A DNA stretch of 64,000 nt from Candidatus Methanomethylicia archaeon (GTDB lineage: Archaea; Thermoproteota; Methanomethylicia; CALHIW01). The notes beneath the pieces are model-generated. The model was not told where the DNA came from. It did no database searches and saw nothing but the letters and a program-made list of their open reading frames with translations. Every line of letters starts with the position of its first letter. Positions within the stretch are counted from its first letter, which is position 1. Of this stretch, positions 21,334 through 29,942 are shown piece by piece. The stretch lies in the NCBI GenBank assembly GCA_038845975.1, contig JAWBQF010000011.1, forward strand, positions 11,590-75,589. Direction: 5' to 3'. The position numbers and the translations under genes are program-made.

Positions 21334-22052
21334 TTAGATTCACCAATTTTTTCTGGAATAGTTTTGATATACCTATCATAACCTATTCTATCTATTTTCC
21401 CATCTATCATAGCCCTTGTAAGTATAGCTTTAGCCACATCATAAGCCATATCTGTTAGTAAATAGAGAGGCTTCATATCATGGTCTTTAAATCCTATATT
21501 AACCTCAACAATTTTAACCCCCTTCTTATAAAGATCTATAAGAATACCGATATCTACTCCCCAATCCTCCTCAAAACTTACGGATAAGAAAACACTTTTA
21601 AGCCCAGCTATTTCACCACTTAAGGGCTGACTAAACGATATTAACTCCGGATAAAACATTCTAAGTAGTGGTCTTGCAACAAGCTCCGTAACTCTACCTG
21701 CTTTCCTTCCAAATGCTCCCTTGACAAAGTCCGCTTCTCCATTAACAATTGGTTTAGTAAGACTTAAAATCATTGAGGAATCCAGATTTTTTATATCAGC
21801 ATCTAAAAAGACAATTATACTTCCCCTAGCGTAGTACACTCCATCCCTCATAGCTATGCCCTTTCCTGGATACTTTAGATTACTTTGATAAACTACATGA
21901 GCACCTGCTTTCAATGCTTTTTTAACAGTATTATCTGTACTTCCCCCGTCAATAACAATAACCTCCATAACATTTTGAGTTCTCTTAGCTATTTTGACGT
22001 TTCTCTCAATAAATTTCTCCTCATTCTTTGCTGGAAAGCAAACACTAATCAT
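21330..22052 (-). CDS. Glucosyl-/mannosyl-3-phosphoglycerate synthase-like glycosyltransferase (GpgS family)
   Basis: PAKNEE, PGKGIAM, FLDADI, FVKG.FGRKAGRVTELVARPLL, QPLSGEIAG, WGVDIG. Confidence 0.78.
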   Translation of the reverse strand: MISVCFPAKNEEKFIERNVKIAKRTQNVMEVIVIDGGSTDNTVKKALKAGAHVVYQSNLKYPGKGIAMRDGVYYARGSIIVFLDADIKNLDSSMILSLTKPIVNGEADFVKGAFGRKAGRVTELVARPLLRMFYPELISFSQPLSGEIAGLKSVFLSVSFEEDWGVDIGILIDLYKKGVKIVEVNIGFKDHDMKPLYLLTDMAYDVAKAILTRAMIDGKIDRIGYDRYIKTIPEKIGESK

Positions 22053-22294
22053 AAGTTACATAGATATTCATTATTAAAAATTTTACTACATCTATATAGT
22101 TTTTGTAGCTTTAGATATGAAAACATCACGATTATGACCTAAATTCATGGAGAACTAACAGTCAGAAGAAGTTTAAATATTCTGACAGTTAATTGTAAGC
22201 CTTAATCTGATAACTTGATGGAAACTACAGTTAGAAGTAATAAACATGGATTCACATAGCAGAAAACTAGATAGTTAAGTTTTTATATTTTCTA

Positions 22295-23255
22295 GCTTTG
22301 TGGCTTAATTCTTTGTTGTCTAGGTTTCTTCCTTGATTTATGTTTCTTTTTTGATTTTGCTTTATAGGTTTATTAGCATGTTGTATATGTATGCTTGGCT
22401 TCTAGTTCTTTCTTTATGCTTTCCATGTTTTTTGCCATGCAGTATTCTCCATACTGGCGTTTGAATGTTGAGAATGTTGTTTCAACAGCCCAACGTCTAC
22501 CGTAGCCCACCATCCCCGCCTATCCTTCATCACCCACCTTTTTGATAAGCCTAACCGCTCTACGTCTCTCCAGGGACCTCTATCATCTCTAGCGTTACGT
22601 CTAGGCTTGATGATGGGTTTTACACCCATCCCTCTAAGGAGATTGTAGACTTCAGAATTATCGTAAGCTCCATCCATAACAGCTTCAGAAACCCTCCCTA
22701 GAGGCATCGTTGATTAATTCTGGTAGAGATTCTGAGTCGTGAACGTCATCTGTGGTTACCTCCATAGCTAAACCTCCCTAGTCTTAACGTTTACTGCGAA
22801 GTGGATCTTAATGTAGCGCTTCTTCTTGCCGTGTACGCGCGTAACCCATCCACCAGACTTATGCTAACACCGCTTGAGTCAACAGCTATAGTAATAGGGC
22901 CTCTTGAAACCCTCAGCGTGTAAAGATGGGTTAAGCATTAATATACGTCTCCTAACCCAAGAGTAATCAACTGATGGAGGGATAAGCCTATTTAAAGCCC
23001 TAGTGAAGCCTTCAAGCTGTCTGTAAGGCATCGAGAAGAGATAACGTACAACGGTGAGGAATTCAACATACCTAACGGTAATCTTGAAGGGGCAGCTACC
23101 TTACCACGATTCAAATCCATAAGCTCAACATCATAGCCTTCAGAAATTCCAAGCCAAGTAGAAGCTCACCACGCCTAACAAGCCTCTCATCAACAACAGA
23201 CCAATACATAAATTAAAGTAAAACATAAGAAACTTAAAGAATTAAGCCACAAAGC
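22295..23255 (-). mobile_element. IS5-family (IS903-group) element, frameshifted
   Basis: TIRs GCTTTGTGGCTTAATT and AATTAAGCCACAAAGC. ATTTTCT duplicated in the flanks. Transposase fragments IAVDSSG, IKIHFAV, MDGAYD. Confidence 0.88.
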
Positions 23256-23289
23256 AATTTTCTTACTAATCACATTTGCAAATTTTCGA

Positions 23290-23590
23290 TTTTGAGCTTA
23301 ATGAAGAGTTTAACAAGGTAGTTTCGAAAAGTAAAATTATGGTTATTACCTCTATGGCAAATAGTGTTTATCACGTAAATTTACAGTCCAGTATTTAGTA
23401 AGGTATACTGGTAAAGTTTTATTTGTGAAGTTGATGTTTATAGTGTTCATGAAACATTTTCAAGATATGGTATATTATATAGTGCCTAATAACACTTGTT
23501 ATTGCTAATGGCAAGATTGTAGAGAAATTATAGGTATTATTCCAGAAGCTGAACTTTAAAATCAGCTAGAACAGCATATTATTGAAATAA
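23290..23590 (+). pseudogene. Thioredoxin pseudogene
   Basis: Fragments EFNKVVSKSKIMV, YTGKVLFVK, ETFSRYGI, LVIANGKIV, EIIGIIPEAEL. The WCxxC site is degraded. Confidence 0.55.
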
Positions 23591-23853
23591 ATAATTTAAA
23601 TTCAGGACTATGTATTTCAACTACTTATTAAATTCATATTTTAGGTAACACTACCTCTAAGGAAAGTTAGAATTCTAAACTTAAACTAATGTAATAATAT
23701 TCTCACCATACTTTTTAAATGAATTCGTTTAATTCTTAAGTAATTATAGTAAAGATTGTTTAGTCTATGTAGATTCAAGTATTACTTAGGAATTCCGAAT
23801 TAGAAAATCATCTTAACTATTTAGTGTTTTCTAGCCGTTTACCTGTAATTAAT

Positions 23854-23886
23854 AGGTTAAAGATATTTGTCCAATAAGTTTATAAG
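23854..23886 (+). promoter_or_regulatory. Putative aro operon promoter: Tar-box-like site directly upstream of a TATA box
   Basis: AGGTTA-N8-TGTCCA (23854-23873) followed by TTTATAAG (23879-23886). Confidence 0.5.
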
Positions 23887-23926
23887 CTCATCCTCTCTTA
23901 AATAAGGAAGTTGTGGTGGAGGTGCT

Positions 23927-23983
23927 ATGAATAGCCAATACCAATTTCAAGAAGTAACAATACTACTAATCAGCATATATTAG
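23927..23983 (+). CDS. 18-aa leader ORF MNSQYQFQEVTILLISIY, or frameshifted true start of the next gene
   Basis: Strong SD GGAGGTG at 23918-23924, ATG at 23927, TAG at 23981-23983. Confidence 0.45.
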   Translation: MNSQYQFQEVTILLISIY

Positions 23984-24003
23984 GTAGTTTAAGAAATATT
24001 ATA

Positions 24004-25071
24004 TTGAAAGCTTTAAATAGGAATCAAATACTTCTACTATCTAAAATCAATGAAAATTCTGAGAGTACAATAACCTCTCTTCTAACAAAGCTATCTAATG
24101 AACTGGATATTCCTCTTTCAACATTAAAGTTTAATGCTAAAATTTTAAAATCGTTAAATCTTATAGAGTTTAAGCAGAATGATAAGGCTAGAATTGTCTG
24201 CTTATCGGAAGCAGGTAAATTCATACTTAACATAGTTAACTTACAGTTTAACGAGAATTACTTATCTATTATTAAAAATCTATCTGAAGCTAAACTTATC
24301 TTTCCAAGTATTTCTCAATCGAGAACTTTTCTTGAAGAGCCTCTTTTAAACAATCTTAAAGCTATAGCCTCAAGAATTAGAGAGAATGTTGTAAGGATGA
24401 TTTCTGAAGCCGGTTCAGGACATCTTGGAGCTTCTCTTTCTATTATTGATATTCTTGTAGTTTTATATTTTCTTAAAATTAAACATGATCCAAAAAATCC
24501 ATCATGGTCTGAACGTGACAGGGTAATATTAAGTAAGGGACATGCAGCTCCAGCCTTATATGCTGTTCTAGCTGAATGTGGCTATTTCCCAACATCCTTA
24601 CTAAGTAGTTTAAGAAGAATTGATAGCTTCTTACAGGGACATCCTGAAGTATACATACCTGGTATTGATATGGTTTCAGGATCTTTAGGTCAGGGTTTAT
24701 CAATAGCTAACGGTATGGCATTATCATTTAGGCTTAATGGTAAGAACAATCGAGTATATGTTATCATGGGCGATGGTGAATTAAATGAGGGTCAGGTATG
24801 GGAGGCTGCCTTAACATCAAGCCATTTAATGCTTGACAATATTACAGTTATAATAGATAGAAATGGTTTTCAACAGGAGGGATCTACTGAAAATATTAAG
24901 AGACTTGAACCTCTAGCTGAGAAGTGGAAGGCTTTTGGATGGCACGCCATAGAGATTGATGGACATGATTTAAATCAAATAATAGCTGCCTTAAATGAAG
25001 CTGAACTTACTAAGGGTTATCCAACAGTTATAATTGCTCATACAATTAAGGGTTTTCAGCAGAATTATTGA
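24004..25071 (+). CDS. Winged-helix (Tar-like) domain fused to transketolase N-terminal (TPP-binding) subunit
   Basis: Residues ~1-80 form a wHTH (IPLSTLKFNAKILKSLNLIE...LSEAGK). Then SGHLGASLS, DRVILSKGHAAP, LQGHP, GSLGQG, GDGELNEG. Confidence 0.88.
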   Translation: MKALNRNQILLLSKINENSESTITSLLTKLSNELDIPLSTLKFNAKILKSLNLIEFKQNDKARIVCLSEAGKFILNIVNLQFNENYLSIIKNLSEAKLIFPSISQSRTFLEEPLLNNLKAIASRIRENVVRMISEAGSGHLGASLSIIDILVVLYFLKIKHDPKNPSWSERDRVILSKGHAAPALYAVLAECGYFPTSLLSSLRRIDSFLQGHPEVYIPGIDMVSGSLGQGLSIANGMALSFRLNGKNNRVYVIMGDGELNEGQVWEAALTSSHLMLDNITVIIDRNGFQQEGSTENIKRLEPLAEKWKAFGWHAIEIDGHDLNQIIAALNEAELTKGYPTVIIAHTIKGFQQNY

Positions 25072-25083
25072 AATGGTGTTTAA

Positions 25084-26016
25084 ATGAAATCTATTAGGGA
25101 AGAATTTGGTAAGGTGCTTACTAGCCTAGGTGCTAAATATAGTAATTTGGTAGTTCTTGATGCTGATTGTGGTTCTCATACTAAATCTAAGAATTTTTCA
25201 CAGAAATATCCTGAAAGGTTTTTCAATATTGGTATAAGTGAGCAAGATCTTGTCGGGATTGCTGCTGGATTAGCAGCATGCGGTAAAATTCCTATTGTTT
25301 CATGCTACTCGATGTTTTTAATGCGTGCATGGGAGCAGATTAGAAATACCATCGGTAGAGCTAATCTTAACGTTAAGCTTATCGCTACCCATGCTGGGGC
25401 ATCGCCACATGCTGATGGAAGCTCACATCAATGTTTTGAGGATCTATCTATTATGAGGGTTATCCCAAACATGACCGTAATAGCTCCAGCAGACTCTAAA
25501 TCTATGGCTTTACTTCTTGAAGAAGCTATAGATCTTAACGGTCCCATTTACATGAGGCTTGGAAGAGATGAAGTTCATGATGTATATGATAGTAATCCCC
25601 ATCTTGAAATAGGTAAAGCTAATACTATAGTTGATGGATCTGATGTTTCAATAATAGCTTCAGGAGTTCTAGTTTATGAGGCTTTAACAGCTTCTCAAAT
25701 GCTTAAAAGAGATGGAGTTAGTGCTAGTGTAATCGATCTTCATACAATTAAACCTATTGACACTAACATTATTGTTAATGAATCTAGGAAAACTGGTGCC
25801 TTAGTAACTGCTGAGGAACACAGCGTTATTGGAGGTCTTGGAAGCTCAGTTTCTGAAATTGTTGTCAGTGAGTATCCAGTACCCGTAGAAATGGTTGGTG
25901 TTAAAAATAGGTTTGGTGAGTCTTCACTTTCATATCGTGAGCTTCTTTTAAAGCTTGGATTAACAGCATCCAGTATTTATCATGCTGCTAGAAGGGTTTT
26001 ACTGAGGAAAAGGTGA
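25084..26016 (+). CDS. Transketolase C-terminal subunit
   Basis: RFFNIGISEQ, DGSSHQ, GPIYMRL, TIKPID, EEHSVIGGLGS. Confidence 0.93.
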   Translation: MKSIREEFGKVLTSLGAKYSNLVVLDADCGSHTKSKNFSQKYPERFFNIGISEQDLVGIAAGLAACGKIPIVSCYSMFLMRAWEQIRNTIGRANLNVKLIATHAGASPHADGSSHQCFEDLSIMRVIPNMTVIAPADSKSMALLLEEAIDLNGPIYMRLGRDEVHDVYDSNPHLEIGKANTIVDGSDVSIIASGVLVYEALTASQMLKRDGVSASVIDLHTIKPIDTNIIVNESRKTGALVTAEEHSVIGGLGSSVSEIVVSEYPVPVEMVGVKNRFGESSLSYRELLLKLGLTASSIYHAARRVLLRKR

Positions 26017-26020
26017 TTTA

Positions 26021-26854
26021 ATGAAGGATCTAAAACTTCTTAGTAAGAAAAGTATGGAGGATTTTATCATTGTTGATGTTAATGGCTTAAAGATAGGTAG
26101 TAATAGCATAGTCGTTATTGCCGGCCCCTGCTCTATTGAAAGTATTGATCAAGCCTTAGAGATAGCTAAAACAGTAAAAAGTTTTGGTGCTACTATTTTT
26201 AGAGGTGGAGCCTTTAAACCACGTACATCTCCATATAGTTTCCAGGGACTTGGAGTTGAAGGTCTTAAAATACTTTCAAGAGTAAGAGATGAAACAGGTC
26301 TCCCAGTTGTTACTGAGGTTATGGATACTAGGGATATAGATATTGTTTTAAAGTACTCTGATATACTTCAAGTTGGAGCTAGAAACATGCAGAATTTCCC
26401 TCTTCTTAAAGAGCTTGGGAAAATTAGAGCTCCAGTTATTCTTAAGAGGGGATTTATGTCAACTATTGAGGAGTGGTTATTAGCTGCTGAATATATTGCT
26501 CTTGGAGGAAATGACCAAATAATACTATGTGAAAGGGGTATACGGACATTTGAAAGGGCTACAAGAAATACTCTTGATCTAAGCTGTATTCCAATAGTTA
26601 AACAGCTATGTAGACTACCTGTAATTACGGATCCAAGCCATGCTACAGGTATTAGGGAGCTTGTTAAACCTATGGCTTTAGCATCCATAGCCGCTGGGGC
26701 TGATGGAATTATGGTTGAGGTACATAATAACCCTGATAAGGCATTAAGTGATGGTTTCCAATCTTTAACGTTTAGTGGCTTCAAGGATCTTATGGATGGA
26801 ATTGTTAAGATTTCAAAAGCTATTGGTAGGGGTATTATAGGATGTTTAGGCTAA
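26021..26854 (+). CDS. aroF: DAHP synthase (type I-beta)
   Basis: IAGPCSIES, GAFKPRTSPYSFQG, LCERGIRTFE, DPSH. Confidence 0.95.
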   Translation: MKDLKLLSKKSMEDFIIVDVNGLKIGSNSIVVIAGPCSIESIDQALEIAKTVKSFGATIFRGGAFKPRTSPYSFQGLGVEGLKILSRVRDETGLPVVTEVMDTRDIDIVLKYSDILQVGARNMQNFPLLKELGKIRAPVILKRGFMSTIEEWLLAAEYIALGGNDQIILCERGIRTFERATRNTLDLSCIPIVKQLCRLPVITDPSHATGIRELVKPMALASIAAGADGIMVEVHNNPDKALSDGFQSLTFSGFKDLMDGIVKISKAIGRGIIGCLG

Positions 26855-27918
26855 TATCTACAGTTCAGGTTAAAACATTGAGTAGATGTTATCCAGTATA
26901 TATAGGATTTAACCTATTGGATTTTCTTGATGTCTTCCTATCTAGACATGGTTTAAAAGGTAAGTTTGCATTGGTATCTCACAAGTCGTTAATGGATATT
27001 TATGGTGATAAAATAATATCCTCAATTAGTAGACTAGGCTTAGATACTATTATAATCGATATTCCTGAAGGAGAAGAGAGCAAGAGCTTTAATATGCTTA
27101 CACAGATATATGATGTACTTATTAATAATAGATTTGATAGATGGTCTACAGTTACTGCTTTTGGTGGTGGAGTTATTGGTGATTTAGCTGGGTTTGCAGC
27201 TGCAACATTTATGAGAGGTATAAATCTAGTGCAAATACCTTCAACTCTACTAGCTCAAGTTGATTCAAGCATTGGCGGTAAGGTTGCAATAGATTATAGA
27301 GGTAAGAACATTATCGGTGCATTTTACCAGCCAAATCTTGTTATAACGGATTTAAACTTATTAAAATCTCTATCTGTAAAGGAGTTTAGTTCAGGTCTTG
27401 CTGAGGTTATAAAGTATGGTGTTGTAATGGACCCTCAAATACTGGATATATTGGAGAATTACTCTAATCCTCTCCCAGATGATATTGTAGCTGAGCTTAT
27501 TACTAGGTCCTGTAGTTGTAAGGCTAGAATTGTTGAAGCTGATGAACGGGATGAGAAGGATATTAGGATAATATTGAATTTTGGGCATACTATTGGGCAT
27601 GCTATAGAGGTAGCGTCAAATTTTAAAATAAGTCATGGTGAAGCAGTAGCTATAGGTATGGTTTATGAGGCTAAGCTTTCAGTAATGCTAGGTTTTTTAG
27701 ATATAGACGTTGTAAATAGATTAATAGGTATATTGAGTAAGTTTGGCTTACCAATTTCAGTCAGCCAGTTAAATATTGAAAGAATTTTAAGTTCACTTAG
27801 TTACGATAAGAAGATAAAACATGGAAAAATAAGGCTTATTCTTCTTAAATCTGTAGGTAACCCTATTGTACATGATGATGTTCCAATAGATTCTATTAAA
27901 AGAGTCTTGGAGATGTAG
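26842..27918 (+). CDS. aroB: 3-dehydroquinate synthase
   Basis: GGGVIGDLAGF, STLLAQVDSSIGGK, LNFGHTIGHAIE, HGEAVAIG. Confidence 0.95.
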   Translation: MFRLISTVQVKTLSRCYPVYIGFNLLDFLDVFLSRHGLKGKFALVSHKSLMDIYGDKIISSISRLGLDTIIIDIPEGEESKSFNMLTQIYDVLINNRFDRWSTVTAFGGGVIGDLAGFAAATFMRGINLVQIPSTLLAQVDSSIGGKVAIDYRGKNIIGAFYQPNLVITDLNLLKSLSVKEFSSGLAEVIKYGVVMDPQILDILENYSNPLPDDIVAELITRSCSCKARIVEADERDEKDIRIILNFGHTIGHAIEVASNFKISHGEAVAIGMVYEAKLSVMLGFLDIDVVNRLIGILSKFGLPISVSQLNIERILSSLSYDKKIKHGKIRLILLKSVGNPIVHDDVPIDSIKRVLEM

Positions 27919-27921
27919 ATT

Positions 27922-28596
27922 ATGGGTGTTAAAATCTGTCCTGTAGTTACACGTTTCAACGATAATGTGATAAGCATAGCTAATAAATTTAAAATATTAG
28001 AGTTAAGAATAGATCTTGTAGGTAGCTTATGGGTTAATGTAGTTTCAAGAATAAAAACAGATTGGATTGCCACATGTAGACGTAGAGATCAAGGTGGAGC
28101 TTGGAGTGGTAGTGAAACGGATAGAATAAATATTTTAATGGAGGCTATTAGACATGGAGCAAAATTTATAGATATAGAGGATTCCACAAACGGTCTTCAT
28201 GAATTAGTAAAAATGTTTAAGTCTATGGGTGTCTTAGTTATAGTTTCACATCATGATTTTAACAATACTCCTGAGTTTAACCATATGGTAGATATTGTTA
28301 GGAGAGAGATTGAATTTGGAGCTGATATATGGAAGATAGCTACAACTGCAAATAGCTTTACTGACTGTTTAAATGTGTTGAGGCTTCTTAAGCTTTTCAG
28401 AAATACTCCTGGAATTGCTTTAGCTATGGGTAGCCATGGAGTATTGAGTAGAGTGCTTTCACCATTACTTAACGGCTTCTTAACATATGCTTCAATTGAA
28501 AAAGGAGATGAATCTGCACCAGGTCAATTAACAGTTAGTGAGCTATTAGAAATATATAGGCTTATAGGTGTTGAAGTTGATAGATGCGAAAACTAA
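27922..28596 (+). CDS. aroD: Type I 3-dehydroquinate dehydratase
   Basis: ELRID, TCRRRDQGG, SHHDF, KIA, SAPGQ. Confidence 0.92.
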   Translation: MGVKICPVVTRFNDNVISIANKFKILELRIDLVGSLWVNVVSRIKTDWIATCRRRDQGGAWSGSETDRINILMEAIRHGAKFIDIEDSTNGLHELVKMFKSMGVLVIVSHHDFNNTPEFNHMVDIVRREIEFGADIWKIATTANSFTDCLNVLRLLKLFRNTPGIALAMGSHGVLSRVLSPLLNGFLTYASIEKGDESAPGQLTVSELLEIYRLIGVEVDRCEN

Positions 28597-29428
28597 GGTT
28601 TACTGTTTAATTGGGGATCCTGTTGAACATTCTATTTCCCCATTAATATTCAATACTGTATTTAAGCATCTTGGCTTAAATAGTGTTTATATAACATTTC
28701 ATGTTAAACCTGAAAATCTAGAGAGTGCTATTAATGGATTTAAAGCTATTGGTGTTAAGGGTTTTAATGTAACTATACCTCATAAGGTTCGAATAACTAA
28801 ACTAGTAGATTATGTTGATGCTAAAGCTCAGCTTATAAATGCTGTGAACGTTGTTAGTAATTGTAACGGTATATTGAAGGGATACAATACTGATGGATGT
28901 GGTGCCTTAAAAGCTCTTAAAAGCTTTAATGTTATAGTTAGTGGTAAAACAGTTACCTTAGTAGGCGCTGGTGGTGCTTCAAGAGCTATAGCATTCGCAA
29001 TAGCCTATGAAAACCCTGAAAAAATCTATATAGTTAATAGAACTTTAACTAGAGCTGAAGAGCTAGCTTATAGTTTAAAAAGTAGGGTTAATGCTAAACC
29101 ATGTAGCTTTAATGATCTATATGCTTTTAGAGAGGCTGATATTATTATAAATTGTACTCCAGTCGGTATGTATCCTAATGTTAATGAATCCCCATTTGAT
29201 TGTAGTCTCTTAAAGAATGAATGCGTAGTTATGGATATAGTTTACAATCCTGTTGAAACTAAGCTTTTAAGGGAGGCTAAAGCTTTAGGTTTAAAAACTA
29301 TAGATGGTGTACCAATGCTCATATATCAAGCAGCTTTAGCGTTTAAAATATGGATGAATCAATATCCTCCCATTGATTTAATGATGGCTACAGCTTATAG
29401 AGCTTTAGGTGTTAGCAATGTATCGTAA
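28568..29428 (+). CDS. aroE: Shikimate dehydrogenase
   Basis: GDPVEHSISP, NVTIPHK, GYNTD, GAGGA, DIVYNP. Confidence 0.95.
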   Translation: MLKLIDAKTKVYCLIGDPVEHSISPLIFNTVFKHLGLNSVYITFHVKPENLESAINGFKAIGVKGFNVTIPHKVRITKLVDYVDAKAQLINAVNVVSNCNGILKGYNTDGCGALKALKSFNVIVSGKTVTLVGAGGASRAIAFAIAYENPEKIYIVNRTLTRAEELAYSLKSRVNAKPCSFNDLYAFREADIIINCTPVGMYPNVNESPFDCSLLKNECVVMDIVYNPVETKLLREAKALGLKTIDGVPMLIYQAALAFKIWMNQYPPIDLMMATAYRALGVSNVS

Positions 29429-29942
29429 CATTGCATTAATTGGCTTCATGGCGTCTGGAAAAACAACTATAGGTAAAGAACTTTCACGTAGAATTGGATT
29501 TAAGTTTATCGATACAGACTCCGTGATAGAATCCGTTTTTAATATGACTATTTCGCAGATATTTGAAAAGTATGGTGAGATTAGATTTAGAGAAGTTGAA
29601 ATTGAAGTATTTAGGAAAGTATCTCTTGAAAAACAAGCTGTTATATCATGTGGTGGTGGAGCTGTACTAAATTGGATCTGTATGCAGTATATTAAGAGTT
29701 CCTCAATAGTTATATATTTACATGTATCGCTAGATGAGTTGATAATGAGATTGATGGGTGATAATAGTAGGCCGCTTATTAAGTCTTCAAATAATAGAGA
29801 ATCATATATTAGAATGAATGCTTTACTTCGTGAACTCCTCTATGTATACTATGCTGATCTAACTATTGACGTATCAAATTTAACTGTTGATCAAGCTGTT
29901 AATGAAATAATTAATTGTGTTGGTGGTTTAGTTGAATATTAA
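29409..29942 (+). CDS. aroK: Shikimate kinase, bacterial P-loop type (likely start ATG 29418)
   Basis: LIGFMASGKTT, DTD, GEIRFREVE, SCGGG, RPL. Confidence 0.9.
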   Translation: MLAMYRNIALIGFMASGKTTIGKELSRRIGFKFIDTDSVIESVFNMTISQIFEKYGEIRFREVEIEVFRKVSLEKQAVISCGGGAVLNWICMQYIKSSSIVIYLHVSLDELIMRLMGDNSRPLIKSSNNRESYIRMNALLRELLYVYYADLTIDVSNLTVDQAVNEIINCVGGLVEY

